Positions 29,901-42,567 of a DNA stretch of 64,000 bases are shown one piece after another. Source of the DNA: Nitrososphaerota archaeon (GTDB lineage: Archaea; Thermoproteota; Nitrososphaeria_A; Caldarchaeales; JAVZCJ01); NCBI GenBank assembly GCA_038817485.1, contig JAWAZL010000003.1, positions 28,479 through 92,478 of the forward strand. Direction: 5' to 3'. Under the pieces are notes generated by a model. The model saw only the letters and a list, made by a program, of their open reading frames with translations. It did not search any database and had not been told where the DNA came from. Each line of letters opens with the position of its first letter. The stretch's first letter is position 1. The position numbers were made by a program, and so were the translations under genes.

Positions 29901-30887
29901 TTAATAAAATATTTGGGAACAACAAAAATTTGAGAAAGATATATTATATTTTAATTCTTTAGAATATTCTATAGCTTCTTTAGTTGGAAAAGCTATAGCA
30001 TTTATTCCAGCTTTAATAGATAAAATGTCTGTTTTAATCCTATGCTCCTCTTTTGGTCTCATACATCCAAGAACTATAGGAATATTTGGCATAATAAACC
30101 TTGAAGCTATTATTATTTTTGCTATTTCTTTAGGCTTTGGAGGAGGAATATTTTCCATTTTTGTTCCAGGAATAGGTGTGAAAACAATTATTATTAAAGC
30201 TGATGGAGAATATTTTGAAATGATTTCTAAAGCTTTTAATTCACCTTTTATTTTCCCATAATGCAAACCCACAAGTATATGCGGTACGAATCTAATATTT
30301 TTATTTTTCAATATTTTAAGAGATTTTTCAAAATCTTCTATTGTTGCATTTAAATTATAAATTTCTTTTATTGTTTCATTAGAACCTATTATGTCAATTA
30401 ATACAGCATCTATTTCAGCTTTACTTATTTTTTCAGCAATATTTTCATTGATTAAACCAGTATGAATTACAATTGTTAATCCAAGTTCTTTTTTTATTAA
30501 AGCAATAGAATCTATAAAATTCTCTAATGGAACCATTCCATTTGGCATACACCCTCCACTAATTAAGAAACCTTTTGCACCTTTATTTTTCAAAACTCTA
30601 CAAATATCTATAAGCTCTTTAGGTGCTAAAGCTGGATACATTGAATTTAATAGTTTTCCATTACAATGCTTACATTTTAAAGCACAATATTTTCCAGTAA
30701 TTGAAATAGATGGGAAGAAATTCTGTTTGGATGAAAAATAAATATTTTCATATTTTATAAAACTAGGTGCAAAAAAAGAAATTTTATTACCAAAATTTTT
30801 TAAGCTTATTTCTCTAGATAAAATTAAATTTTCTTCAAAATTCTTATCATTAAATATTTTCTTATAAATATCCATATAAATATCCAT
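29901..30887 (-). CDS. Radical SAM protein, BioB/LipS-like (probable archaeal lipoyl synthase subunit, LipS1/LipS2 type)
   Basis: CALKCKHC (CxxxCxxC) cluster motif and FTPIPGT motif; divergent neighbour of a paralog and near LplA. Start at MDIY (30887 or 30875) avoids a divergent overlap with the 30959 gene. Confidence 0.65.
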   Translation of the reverse strand: MDIYMDIYKKIFNDKNFEENLILSREISLKNFGNKISFFAPSFIKYENIYFSSKQNFFPSISITGKYCALKCKHCNGKLLNSMYPALAPKELIDICRVLKNKGAKGFLISGGCMPNGMVPLENFIDSIALIKKELGLTIVIHTGLINENIAEKISKAEIDAVLIDIIGSNETIKEIYNLNATIEDFEKSLKILKNKNIRFVPHILVGLHYGKIKGELKALEIISKYSPSALIIIVFTPIPGTKMENIPPPKPKEIAKIIIASRFIMPNIPIVLGCMRPKEEHRIKTDILSIKAGINAIAFPTKEAIEYSKELKYNISFSNFCCSQIFY

Positions 30888-30958
30888 ATCAATCCTTTTA
30901 AATTTTAAAATTAATGATAAATATATTTTAATTAGAAAAATATTTAAATTTTTATAAA

Positions 30959-31948
30959 ATGGATGGAAATATACGTGTTTCGCTTGGATCAGCAATTGTT
31001 TTAGGATTAATTAAAGGTAAAATAGATGTTAATCCAACAACAGCTTATTTATTAACGTATAGGGATGGGAAATGTATTGCAAATTGTAGTTTTTGTCCAC
31101 AAGCTAAATCTAGTAAAAGTAGAGCAGATATGCTATCAAGAATTGTTTGGCCTATTTTCCCAATGGAAAAAGTTTTCAAAGGATTAGAAAATGCTATAGA
31201 GAAAGGTTTGATTAAAAGAGTATGTATTCAATCATTAAATTATCCAAATTTTTTAGAAGATATAATTAAAATTGTTAATGGAATTAAAAATTATAGTAAT
31301 ATTCCAATATCAATTTCTTGCCAACCGATTAATAAAAATGGAATAATTAAACTTAAAAAAATAGGTATTGAAAGAATAAGTATACCATTAGATGCAGCTA
31401 CAAAAGAAATTTTTAATAAAGTTAAAGGTTACATGGTTAATGGACCATATGTTTGGGAAAAACAAATTGAATTATTAATTAATGCTTTAGAAGTTTTTGG
31501 TAAAGGATATGTAAATACTCATTTAATAGTTGGATTAGGAGAAACAGAAAAAGAAATGATTAAAATGATTCAATGGTGTAATGATTTAGGCATTTATCCA
31601 AGCATGTTTGCATTCACACCTATTCCTGGAACAAAAATGGAAAATATTCCTCCTCCTAATATTGAAAAATATAGAAGAATACAAATTGCTCATTATTTAA
31701 TAATAAATAAAATTTCAAATTTTTCAAAAATGAAATTTAATAATAATGAAGAAATAGTTGATTTTGGTATAGGAAAAAAAGAATTAATAAAAATAATTCA
31801 TAGTGGAAAACCATTTTTAACAACTGGTTGTCCAAATTGTAATCGTCCATATTATAATGAAAGCCCAAGAGGGCCAATTTATAATTATCCTAAAAAAATT
31901 GAAGAAAAAGAAATTCATGAAATTAAGAAACAATTAAATATTTTTTAA
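30959..31948 (+). CDS. Radical SAM protein, BioB/LipS-like paralog (probable LipS1/LipS2 partner)
   Basis: CIANCSFC (CxxxCxxC) cluster motif. Contains FTPIPGTKMENIPPP, identical to the paralog, and a C-terminal CPNC pair. Confidence 0.65.
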   Translation: MDGNIRVSLGSAIVLGLIKGKIDVNPTTAYLLTYRDGKCIANCSFCPQAKSSKSRADMLSRIVWPIFPMEKVFKGLENAIEKGLIKRVCIQSLNYPNFLEDIIKIVNGIKNYSNIPISISCQPINKNGIIKLKKIGIERISIPLDAATKEIFNKVKGYMVNGPYVWEKQIELLINALEVFGKGYVNTHLIVGLGETEKEMIKMIQWCNDLGIYPSMFAFTPIPGTKMENIPPPNIEKYRRIQIAHYLIINKISNFSKMKFNNNEEIVDFGIGKKELIKIIHSGKPFLTTGCPNCNRPYYNESPRGPIYNYPKKIEEKEIHEIKKQLNIF

Positions 31949-32748
31949 ATATCTAAAGAAGATTTACATTCAAAATTCCATTCTTTAGTAGAATATTTTT
32001 CTCTATAAAGTTTCTCTGAAATTTCTTTCTCAAAAGGAGATAGAGAATCTTCATATAATTTTATATTTAATACTTTTTCAAAACCTTTAATTAATGTTTT
32101 ATATATTTCTTCGAATTGAATTTCAAATCCTAATTCTTCTCTTAAAGAAGTAATTTTTCTTTTTGCTATAGAAATAATATCTTTAAAATTTTTATTAGGA
32201 AAGACTTTTAGAAAAGTAAACATTTTCTCTAAATCAACATTTATTAGAAAAGTACCATGTTGTAAAATTACATTATTTTTATAGAATTGAGCACTGCCAG
32301 AAATCTTTCTTTTATTAATTGTAATATTTGGACAATTTTTATAATCTCCAGGATTAAAATCTGCATTTATTCCAAGCATTTTAATTGCTTCAATAAGGCA
32401 ATTACAAATAATATTATATATTTTTGAATTATCATAAATATTTAAATCATTTGTATTAAAAACAATACTATAAGTAATTTCTCCATTATAATCATGATAT
32501 ACCGCTCCTCCTCCAGTAATTCTTCTAACAATATCTATTCCATTTTTTTCACAAGCATCAATATTAACTTCATTATGAATATTTTGAAAACGTCCAATAG
32601 AAACCGCTGAAGGATTCCATCTATAAAAACGAATAGTATTAGGAACTAGATTTTTAATTCTAGCAATTAAAATTGCTTCATCAATAGCCATATTCATAAA
32701 ACTATTATATGTTTCTAATTTTATTAAACGCCATTCATTTGATTTCAT
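31945..32748 (-). CDS. lplA: Lipoate-protein ligase / octanoyltransferase (LplA/LipB-fold catalytic domain)
   Basis: BPL/LPL catalytic-domain motifs RRITGGGAVYHD and KISGSAQ. Confidence 0.8.
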   Translation of the reverse strand: MKSNEWRLIKLETYNSFMNMAIDEAILIARIKNLVPNTIRFYRWNPSAVSIGRFQNIHNEVNIDACEKNGIDIVRRITGGGAVYHDYNGEITYSIVFNTNDLNIYDNSKIYNIICNCLIEAIKMLGINADFNPGDYKNCPNITINKRKISGSAQFYKNNVILQHGTFLINVDLEKMFTFLKVFPNKNFKDIISIAKRKITSLREELGFEIQFEEIYKTLIKGFEKVLNIKLYEDSLSPFEKEISEKLYREKYSTKEWNFECKSSLDI

Positions 32749-32785
32749 TTTATTTATAAAAATTTAATAATGGAAAATATAAGTT

Positions 32786-33349
32786 TTAAAATATTTTGAT
32801 TGTATGTTCAAAAAGGAAATGCTTTAGAAAATCTCCAATTAAGTAAGAAATAATAGCACCTATAAGAGTTAATGTAACATATTTTAACCCTGTTTTATAA
32901 GGAGATTCCTTACTTAATTTACCAACATAAAAGCCTAATATGAATGATAAAACTATTCCAATAGAAAATGTAATAATTACAGCAATATTAATATCAAAAA
33001 ATATGAATGGAGGAAGCAATATTATTAATACAAAAACTGTAGATAAAAATGAAAATACTCCACTCATCCAAACTTCTTTTTTAGAATGAATTCTTGTATT
33101 TATTCCATGTTCTTTTGCTTCATGAATTTGTACACTCCTTTCTGTTGATTGTGAAATAAAGAAACCTATTGAATTTCCAAAAGCATCAGATAAACCACCT
33201 ATTATCCCTGATATTACAACCATGAGAGGATTTGAAGTAGCTTCAGCAACACCTATGATTAAACCTATAAGACAAATTATTCCATCAGCTAAGCCAAATG
33301 CAATACCTTCCATTCTATATCCCTTTTCTTCATGTTCTTTTTCAATCAT
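32786..33349 (-). CDS. VIT1/CCC1-family membrane protein (iron/manganese transporter-like)
   Basis: GLADGIICLIGLIIGVA and GGLSDAFGNSIG motifs, five TM segments. Confidence 0.6.
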   Translation of the reverse strand: MIEKEHEEKGYRMEGIAFGLADGIICLIGLIIGVAEATSNPLMVVISGIIGGLSDAFGNSIGFFISQSTERSVQIHEAKEHGINTRIHSKKEVWMSGVFSFLSTVFVLIILLPPFIFFDINIAVIITFSIGIVLSFILGFYVGKLSKESPYKTGLKYVTLTLIGAIISYLIGDFLKHFLFEHTIKIF

Positions 33350-33497
33350 TTTATTTCACTTTTTAACGCTAAAATCACCATATAAGTTGCTCTTAAGGTT
33401 TTTTTGAATTTAAAAAATCGATTTTTATGAAAATTTTTAAATAAGTTTTTTAATTATAAAAAATTATTTTATTTTTTAATAATGAGCCGATGTAAAA

Positions 33498-34259
33498 ATG
33501 AAAAATACTACTTTAAATATTATATACAATAGAAAAAGTATTAGAAAATTTAAATCAAAACCGATTCAAGAAGAAATTGTTAAGTTAATAATTGAAGCAG
33601 GAACAAGAGCTCCAACAAATTGTATGCTTCAACCATACTCTCTTATTATAATTAATGATAAAGAGAAAAGAGAAAAAATGGCTGAAATATGCAAACAAAA
33701 AATAATTTCTCAAGCACCTGTTTCGATACTTATTTGTGCAGATTTAAATCGTATAAGAAATATTGCAGATAGCATAATTATTGATAATATATATAGGAGG
33801 AATAAGTATGAGATTGATAAAATTTTTAGTATTTTTGAATGCGGATTAGTTGCTGAAAATATGATTTTAGCAAGTGAAAGCCTTGGATTAGGGTCAGTTC
33901 TTATAGGATCTATTCTTAATTATTTAGAAGAAATAGCTGAGTTATTTAAGCTTCCTCCAAATGTTTTACCAATAATTTTATTATGTATAGGAGAAAGAGA
34001 TGAAGACCCTCCAATAAGACCAAGATGGCCTATGGAAATGATTGTTCATGAAAATGAATATAATGCAAAAATAAATATTGAAGATATAAAAAATAATATT
34101 AAAAAAATAGATTATGCTTTAAAATCTGAAGAATATTATCCAAAATATATTGGAAGAACTTATAGTTATGAAAGACATTTAATTGAAATATTATCATATA
34201 ATGAAGAAATAGATAGAATAGATAAAGAAATAAAAAGATTTATTAAAAATAGATTTTAG
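33498..34259 (+). CDS. Nitroreductase-family protein
   Basis: N-terminal RKSIRKF FMN-binding motif; conserved nitroreductase fold length. Confidence 0.7.
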   Translation: MKNTTLNIIYNRKSIRKFKSKPIQEEIVKLIIEAGTRAPTNCMLQPYSLIIINDKEKREKMAEICKQKIISQAPVSILICADLNRIRNIADSIIIDNIYRRNKYEIDKIFSIFECGLVAENMILASESLGLGSVLIGSILNYLEEIAELFKLPPNVLPIILLCIGERDEDPPIRPRWPMEMIVHENEYNAKINIEDIKNNIKKIDYALKSEEYYPKYIGRTYSYERHLIEILSYNEEIDRIDKEIKRFIKNRF

Positions 34260-34380
34260 AAAAATTTCTTTATTTAGTAATTATCGATCTATAAATTGTA
34301 ATAGCTGTATATGTTTTTATAATACTATTTTAATTAACATTTCATAATATTGCTACATAATAAAAGGTGCAAAAATATAA

Positions 34381-35442
34381 ATGATTGAAATTGAAGAAGA
34401 ATTAAATAGAATACAAGGAAAAATAAATAATGTAATAGAAAAATATTTTCCAAGAAAAATAAATAAAGATAAATTAATAGAAATATGTGGAGAACCAAGA
34501 TATGATTATGAAATCGAATCTATAAATAAATCTATTTTTGAGCCTTTATGGAATTTACTTGATAGAGGAGGAAAAAGATGGAGGCCTGCACTTTTTTTAT
34601 GGACTTGTGAAGCTCTTGGAATAGAAGCTGAAAAATATATTGATTTTGCTATAATTCCAGAAATAATTCATAATGGAACCCTTGTTATTGATGATGTAGA
34701 AGATAAAAGTTTTTTGAGAAGAGGGAAACCTGCGATTCATTTAATATATGGAGAAGATATAGCAATAAACATGGGTAATACAATGTATTACTTACCTATA
34801 AAAATAATATTGAATAATAAAGAATTGGATAAAGAAAAAAAGCTAAAATTGCTTGAAAATTATATTCAAGAAATGATTAATTTAAGCATAGGTCAAGCAA
34901 TGGATATTGCTTGGCATAGATTATTAATTGAAAATATTACTGAGAAACAATATTTACAAATGTGTTCATTTAAAACTGGATCATTATCAAGAATGGCAGT
35001 TAAAATGGCAGCAATATTAGCTAATGCAAATGAAGAAAAAATTAATGCTTTAAGTTTTTTTGCTGAATCTTTAGGAATAGCATTTCAAATACAAGATGAC
35101 ATTTTAAATATCATCGGAGATGAAAAAATTTATGGAAAAGAAATTGGAGGAGATATTAGTGAAGGTAAAATAACTTTAATGGTAGTTTATATACTTAATA
35201 ATGCTCCTAAAGAAATTAGTAGAAGATTAATGGAAATACTTAAAATGCATACAAATGATTCTAAAATTATTAAAGAAGCTATAAACATATTGATAGAATA
35301 TAAAGCTGTAGAATATGCTAAAAATTATGCTTCTAAACTTGCTAAAGATGCATGGAATGCAGTAAATAAAGTTTTACCTGAATCTAAAGCAAAGCAATAT
35401 TTAGAATCTTTAACAAACTATTTAATTATAAGAAAATTTTAG
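34381..35442 (+). CDS. Polyprenyl diphosphate synthase (GGPP/GFPP synthase type)
   Basis: First Asp-rich motif LVIDDVEDKSFLRRGKP and second motif FQIQDDILN. Confidence 0.8.
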   Translation: MIEIEEELNRIQGKINNVIEKYFPRKINKDKLIEICGEPRYDYEIESINKSIFEPLWNLLDRGGKRWRPALFLWTCEALGIEAEKYIDFAIIPEIIHNGTLVIDDVEDKSFLRRGKPAIHLIYGEDIAINMGNTMYYLPIKIILNNKELDKEKKLKLLENYIQEMINLSIGQAMDIAWHRLLIENITEKQYLQMCSFKTGSLSRMAVKMAAILANANEEKINALSFFAESLGIAFQIQDDILNIIGDEKIYGKEIGGDISEGKITLMVVYILNNAPKEISRRLMEILKMHTNDSKIIKEAINILIEYKAVEYAKNYASKLAKDAWNAVNKVLPESKAKQYLESLTNYLIIRKF

Positions 35443-35511
35443 TATTTTTTAGTTTTTCCCAAAAACTTTAGTTCTTTCTCTAAAAGAAATTTAAAAATAA
35501 ATAATATAAAT

Positions 35512-35919
35512 TCATATCAATTCTCTAACCCTATAAGTAGTCACATATCCTTTAGCAATATCATACAATTTTTTATCTTCAGTAATTAATTGCATATTAT
35601 TCTTTAATGCTATATACAAATAAGAAGCATCATAAAAAGATAACTTTTTCTCGTATGCAAGCTTTAGTACTTCCAATTCAAAGCCTTTAATGCTTAAAAT
35701 ATTTAATCTATTTAATACGCTATTGATCACATCCATTAATGCCATAGCTTCATTTAAAGTTATACTTTTAGAAAAAAAAGCCTCTTTCCAAATAGCATTT
35801 CCCAATTCATATCTAGCAAGGTCTAATGTTTATGCATCTTTAAATAATGAATATTTTTCAAGATTAATTAAAGAATATATAGCATTTGCATCTAAAATTC
35901 TACCTTTCATTTCTATCAT
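35512..35919 (-). pseudogene. vapC: PIN-domain VapC-like toxin interrupted by an in-frame TAA at 35830-35832
   Basis: The two halves are in the same frame: MIEMKGRILDANAIYSLINLEKYSLFKDA-TAA-TLDLARYELGNAIWKEAFF...YDASYLYIA...LITEDKKL. Together they make a 136-aa PIN with conserved acidic residues. It overlaps the upstream antitoxin stop by 20 nt. Confidence 0.6.
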
Positions 35920-36130
35920 CGCGAATACTCTTAGTTATTAATTCTGGTGGAAGCTTAGCTAGTATAGGCTTAATTTTATTAACTTTTTCACTTATTTCAA
36001 TTTCAAATATAGCTTCTTCAAGTGCTTTTCTCATAATTATACTAGGTTTAATATTATATTTTTTAATTTTCTCTTTTAATTCGATAGGTATCTTAACAGA
36101 AATCGTAGTAGTCTTACCCATAAGTATCAC
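35900..36130 (-). CDS. vapB: VapB-like antitoxin (small DNA-binding protein)
   Basis: 76 aa, immediately upstream of and overlapping the PIN gene; N-terminal beta-strand-like KTTTISVKIPIELKEKIKKY. Confidence 0.55.
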   Translation of the reverse strand: MILMGKTTTISVKIPIELKEKIKKYNIKPSIIMRKALEEAIFEIEISEKVNKIKPILAKLPPELITKSIRDDRNER

Positions 36131-36206
36131 GGTAGTGCCGATAGTAATATTTAAGGTTTTGCTAAAGAGTGAAATTTAATATAAAAAGAAAAATAAACTT
36201 TAATTT

Positions 36207-37346
36207 TTAATAATTTATTAAATTTTTTAATCTTCTAAAAGCTTCAATTTTTTCTTCTTTATTAATTTCTGATGCTTCTAAAACTTGTTTTAAAAAAGAA
36301 ATACTTTCATCCATTGCTTTAATATCAACTGGAAAAGGAACACCATCTTTTCCTCCATATGCAAAAGAAAATCTTACAGGATCTTTTAAATTTGGAGTAT
36401 AACCATATATCAAAGCACTTATTAATGCTAATCCTCTTATAGTTGCTTGACCTAAGCCTCTAATTTCTATTAATTGCTCATAATTTTTAGGTTGAAATTC
36501 ATATACTTTTTTAAGAATTGCCCAATTTATTTTACGAGGCATTTTTAAATATTCAGGTATTCCTTTTAATTTAAATTTTAAATTTTCTTCCTTAGTACTT
36601 TCAATCCATTCATCTAAAGATTTTTGATTTTTTAAAGCTTCATTAAATAATCTTATAACCCTAGATGGTTTTTCGCATGCAATATCAACAGAGCATTTTC
36701 TAGCTTCTTCACTTTCTTTAGAAGTCATATTTAGCACGTAAGGAAGTTTCTTATCACTTATTATTCCAGAATGAGGTTCTACTACAAAACTTTTAACTTT
36801 TTCTCCAAGCCAATGATATCTTCTTGCAGTTTTTTCAAATATATTCATTCCTTGTTGAATTACAGCCCATTCTCCTTTTTCTGTAAGAATAAAAACATGA
36901 TGATACAATTGATGCCCATCTTGTAAAACACTATTATCAACTTTTGCTGAAAGCCTACTTGCTCTTATAAGTTCATTAATTTTTGAATTAGAAATATTTA
37001 TTTTAGAAGCAATCAAAGAAATTTCTTCTGGAGTTTTTCTACTTATTTTCCCTTTACCACCTGCTATAGCTACTCCAAATTTTTCTATATTTAAAACACT
37101 TTTAAGAACTCCAGTAACAACTGTTGTAACTCCTGAAGAATGCCAATCATAACCTAAAACACAACCAAATGATTGAAACCAAAATGGATTAGAAAGTCTG
37201 GATAATAATTCTTTATATCCAAAATCTCTAATAATTATTTGACATATTTGTTCTCCTAAAGATTTCATTCTAATTATTAACCATTTAGGAGCTTTACCTT
37301 CATGAAGTGGAAGTTCAGCTATACCAGTTTTCCTCAATTTTTTCAA
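36207..37346 (-). CDS. Conserved hypothetical protein (possibly DUF763 family)
   Basis: 379-aa uninterrupted ORF with conserved-looking blocks (FGCVLGYDWHSSGVTT, IRGLGQATIRGLALISAL). Confidence 0.4.
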   Translation of the reverse strand: MKKLRKTGIAELPLHEGKAPKWLIIRMKSLGEQICQIIIRDFGYKELLSRLSNPFWFQSFGCVLGYDWHSSGVTTVVTGVLKSVLNIEKFGVAIAGGKGKISRKTPEEISLIASKINISNSKINELIRASRLSAKVDNSVLQDGHQLYHHVFILTEKGEWAVIQQGMNIFEKTARRYHWLGEKVKSFVVEPHSGIISDKKLPYVLNMTSKESEEARKCSVDIACEKPSRVIRLFNEALKNQKSLDEWIESTKEENLKFKLKGIPEYLKMPRKINWAILKKVYEFQPKNYEQLIEIRGLGQATIRGLALISALIYGYTPNLKDPVRFSFAYGGKDGVPFPVDIKAMDESISFLKQVLEASEINKEEKIEAFRRLKNLINY

Positions 37347-37441
37347 ATAGAATAGAATAATTTTAATATAAAAGAGTTTTCATTAATTTAATAATATTAT
37401 TTGGAAAAAGATATTTATAGAACCTAAAGCAAATACTCTAT

Positions 37442-37762
37442 ATGGAAATCATAACTTCAGGAAAATCTAAAGATTGTAATAAATGTATTAATTTCGTTGC
37501 TCATCCAAATTATCCATATTTGATGATATGTCTTGAAAAACAACAAGTAGTTTCCTTACCTAGAGAAGCTTGTAAAGATTATGTAGAAAAGTCTTGGGAT
37601 AAATTAGTTGAATTATTATCTGAAAAAGGTTTTCTTTATTGTGCAAAATGCAGTAAGCTAATATATAGCTTAGATGAATTAAATAAACATAAAAGCGATT
37701 TCATTCTCTTTGAATTTTTTCCAGATGATGTTGCTTATGAGGAATCTCCAGTAGCAGATTAA
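37442..37762 (+). CDS. Small Cys-rich hypothetical protein (two CxxC pairs, possible zinc ribbon)
   Basis: CNKC ... CAKC pairs, 106 aa. Confidence 0.35.
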   Translation: MEIITSGKSKDCNKCINFVAHPNYPYLMICLEKQQVVSLPREACKDYVEKSWDKLVELLSEKGFLYCAKCSKLIYSLDELNKHKSDFILFEFFPDDVAYEESPVAD

Positions 37763-37810
37763 ATAAATAGAATTATTAAAAATTTTTAAAAAAAAGAGAG
37801 GTTTTTATTA

Positions 37811-40643
<2,833 letters not shown>

Positions 40644-40751
40644 GAGTTTCTCTTAACTCTTATTTTTACTTAAAAACCTGTTTTCTTAAAATATTTATTT
40701 AATCAAATAAAAGAATTTAAAGTAATAAAAAAAAGTAAAAGTTGAAAGCAA

Positions 40752-41429
40752 ATGGTGAAAATAGCTTTTTTAACAATTGGGCAATCTCCTAGAATAGATA
40801 TAATGCAAGATATTAAATCATTATTGCCATCTAATATTGAAATAATTGAAATAGGAGCATTAGATAATTTAAATGAAAAAGAAATAAACTTCATAGCTCC
40901 TTCAAATAATAAAGAAAAAGAAGTACTTGTTTCTAGACTTAGGAATGGAAAACAAGTTATAATAAGTAAAAGAAAATTAATACCATTACTTAAAAAATGT
41001 ATAAAAAATATTGAAAATTATGTAGATGGCATAGTACTTTTATGCACTGATGATTTTCCTGAAATAAATTCTAAAAAAATATTAATTAAGCCATATGAAT
41101 TGTTAAATAGCTTTGTTTCAATAATTAATGGAAAAATTTTAGGAATTGTTGTACCAATTAAAGAGCAAATAAATTTTGCTAGAAAAAGATGGAGTAAAAT
41201 ATTTTCTAAAAAAATTATTATTCATTCATATTCACCTTATACAAATGAAAAAATAAAAATAAAAGATTTTGAAGATTTTAAATTTGCTGATTTAATAGTT
41301 TTAGATTGTATAGGTTATACTATTAAACATAAAATTTTTATGTATAAAACCTTTAAAAAACCCATTCTTCTTCCAAGAACATTGATTGCAAGAACTATAA
41401 ATGAAATATATTGTAGTGAAGCTATTTGA
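40752..41429 (+). CDS. AroM-family-like protein
   Basis: N-terminal IAFLTIGQSPRID motif reminiscent of AroM; 225 aa. Confidence 0.4.
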   Translation: MVKIAFLTIGQSPRIDIMQDIKSLLPSNIEIIEIGALDNLNEKEINFIAPSNNKEKEVLVSRLRNGKQVIISKRKLIPLLKKCIKNIENYVDGIVLLCTDDFPEINSKKILIKPYELLNSFVSIINGKILGIVVPIKEQINFARKRWSKIFSKKIIIHSYSPYTNEKIKIKDFEDFKFADLIVLDCIGYTIKHKIFMYKTFKKPILLPRTLIARTINEIYCSEAI

Positions 41430-41916
41430 TAAATATTCTTCTTTTTAATAAAATTTTAACTAAAGTATAACCTAATATATTTAATGTGATAAAACTACTT
41501 ATTGATATGCTTATTATACTTATAAGCCATGGAGCAAAAATTTCTAATCTATAAAAACTAGGTACTGTTAAAAATAACCATAAATATCCTCCTACTATAA
41601 AACCTATTATAAATGAAGCAATAAAACATCCAATGAAAATATTATTCTTCAATTTATAAATTACATAACCTGCTAAAATATTAGCTATTGGACCAAAAAT
41701 ATAATCCATCCAACCAATAGAGAAAAATGCATTTGCAATAAAACAACCTAATGATGTACCTATTATTACAGGCCAACCAAATATTGCAGATAATGGAATT
41801 AACATATCAGCTATTCTTAATTGAATTATTGAAAAACTTATTCCAGGTAAAGATATTACAAGAGTTGAATATAATGCAGCAAATATAGCTATTAAAGTAA
41901 TTTCTTTACTTTTCAA
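41422..41916 (-). CDS. QueT-like membrane transporter (queuosine precursor / ECF-S-like)
   Basis: Five TM segments and an RIADMLIPL motif typical of QueT-type proteins. Confidence 0.45.
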   Translation of the reverse strand: MKSKEITLIAIFAALYSTLVISLPGISFSIIQLRIADMLIPLSAIFGWPVIIGTSLGCFIANAFFSIGWMDYIFGPIANILAGYVIYKLKNNIFIGCFIASFIIGFIVGGYLWLFLTVPSFYRLEIFAPWLISIISISISSFITLNILGYTLVKILLKRRIFIK

Positions 41917-42077
41917 TTTTTATTCACCTTCAATATTAGGATTTATAAAAGCAGAGCAATAAGAAATCATTTACGCCATGCGATTAGATAATTAAAAAAC
42001 TTATAGATTTATTTTTTTAGAAAAATAAATAAATTTTTTAAATAAATATAATATCTTAAAGAATGGGGTGTTTTTGA

Positions 42078-42563
42078 ATGAAATTAGAATTAATAAAATT
42101 AGATATTCCTAAAGATTGTCAAATAATATTAGGTCAAAGCCATTTTATAAAAACTGTTGAAGATTTGCATGAAGCAATGGTTAATTCTGTTCCAGGTATA
42201 AAATTTGGTTTAGCATTTTGCGAATCTTCAGGACCATGCTTAGTTAGACATAGTGGAACAGATGAAGAATTAGAGAAAATAGCTGCAGAGCAAGCTTTAA
42301 AATTGGGTGCTGGACATTGCTTTTTAATTATAATGCGTGGAGCATATCCAATAAATGTTTTAAATAGAATAAAAGAAGTACCAGAAGTATGTACAATTTA
42401 TTGTGCAACTGGAAATCCTATTAAAGTATTAATAATTGAGGATGAAGAAGGGAATAGAGGAATAGCTGGAGTTATTGATGGTTCTAGAAGTAAAGGAATA
42501 GAAAATGAAGAAAATATTAAAGAAAGAAAAGAATTCTTAAGAAAAATTGGATATAAGCTTTAG
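42078..42563 (+). CDS. Conserved archaeal protein, adenosine-specific kinase-like family
   Basis: 161 aa; FGLAFCESSGPCLVRHSG block; GGGGTG ribosome-binding site upstream. Confidence 0.35.
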   Translation: MKLELIKLDIPKDCQIILGQSHFIKTVEDLHEAMVNSVPGIKFGLAFCESSGPCLVRHSGTDEELEKIAAEQALKLGAGHCFLIIMRGAYPINVLNRIKEVPEVCTIYCATGNPIKVLIIEDEEGNRGIAGVIDGSRSKGIENEENIKERKEFLRKIGYKL

Positions 42564-42567
42564 GAAA

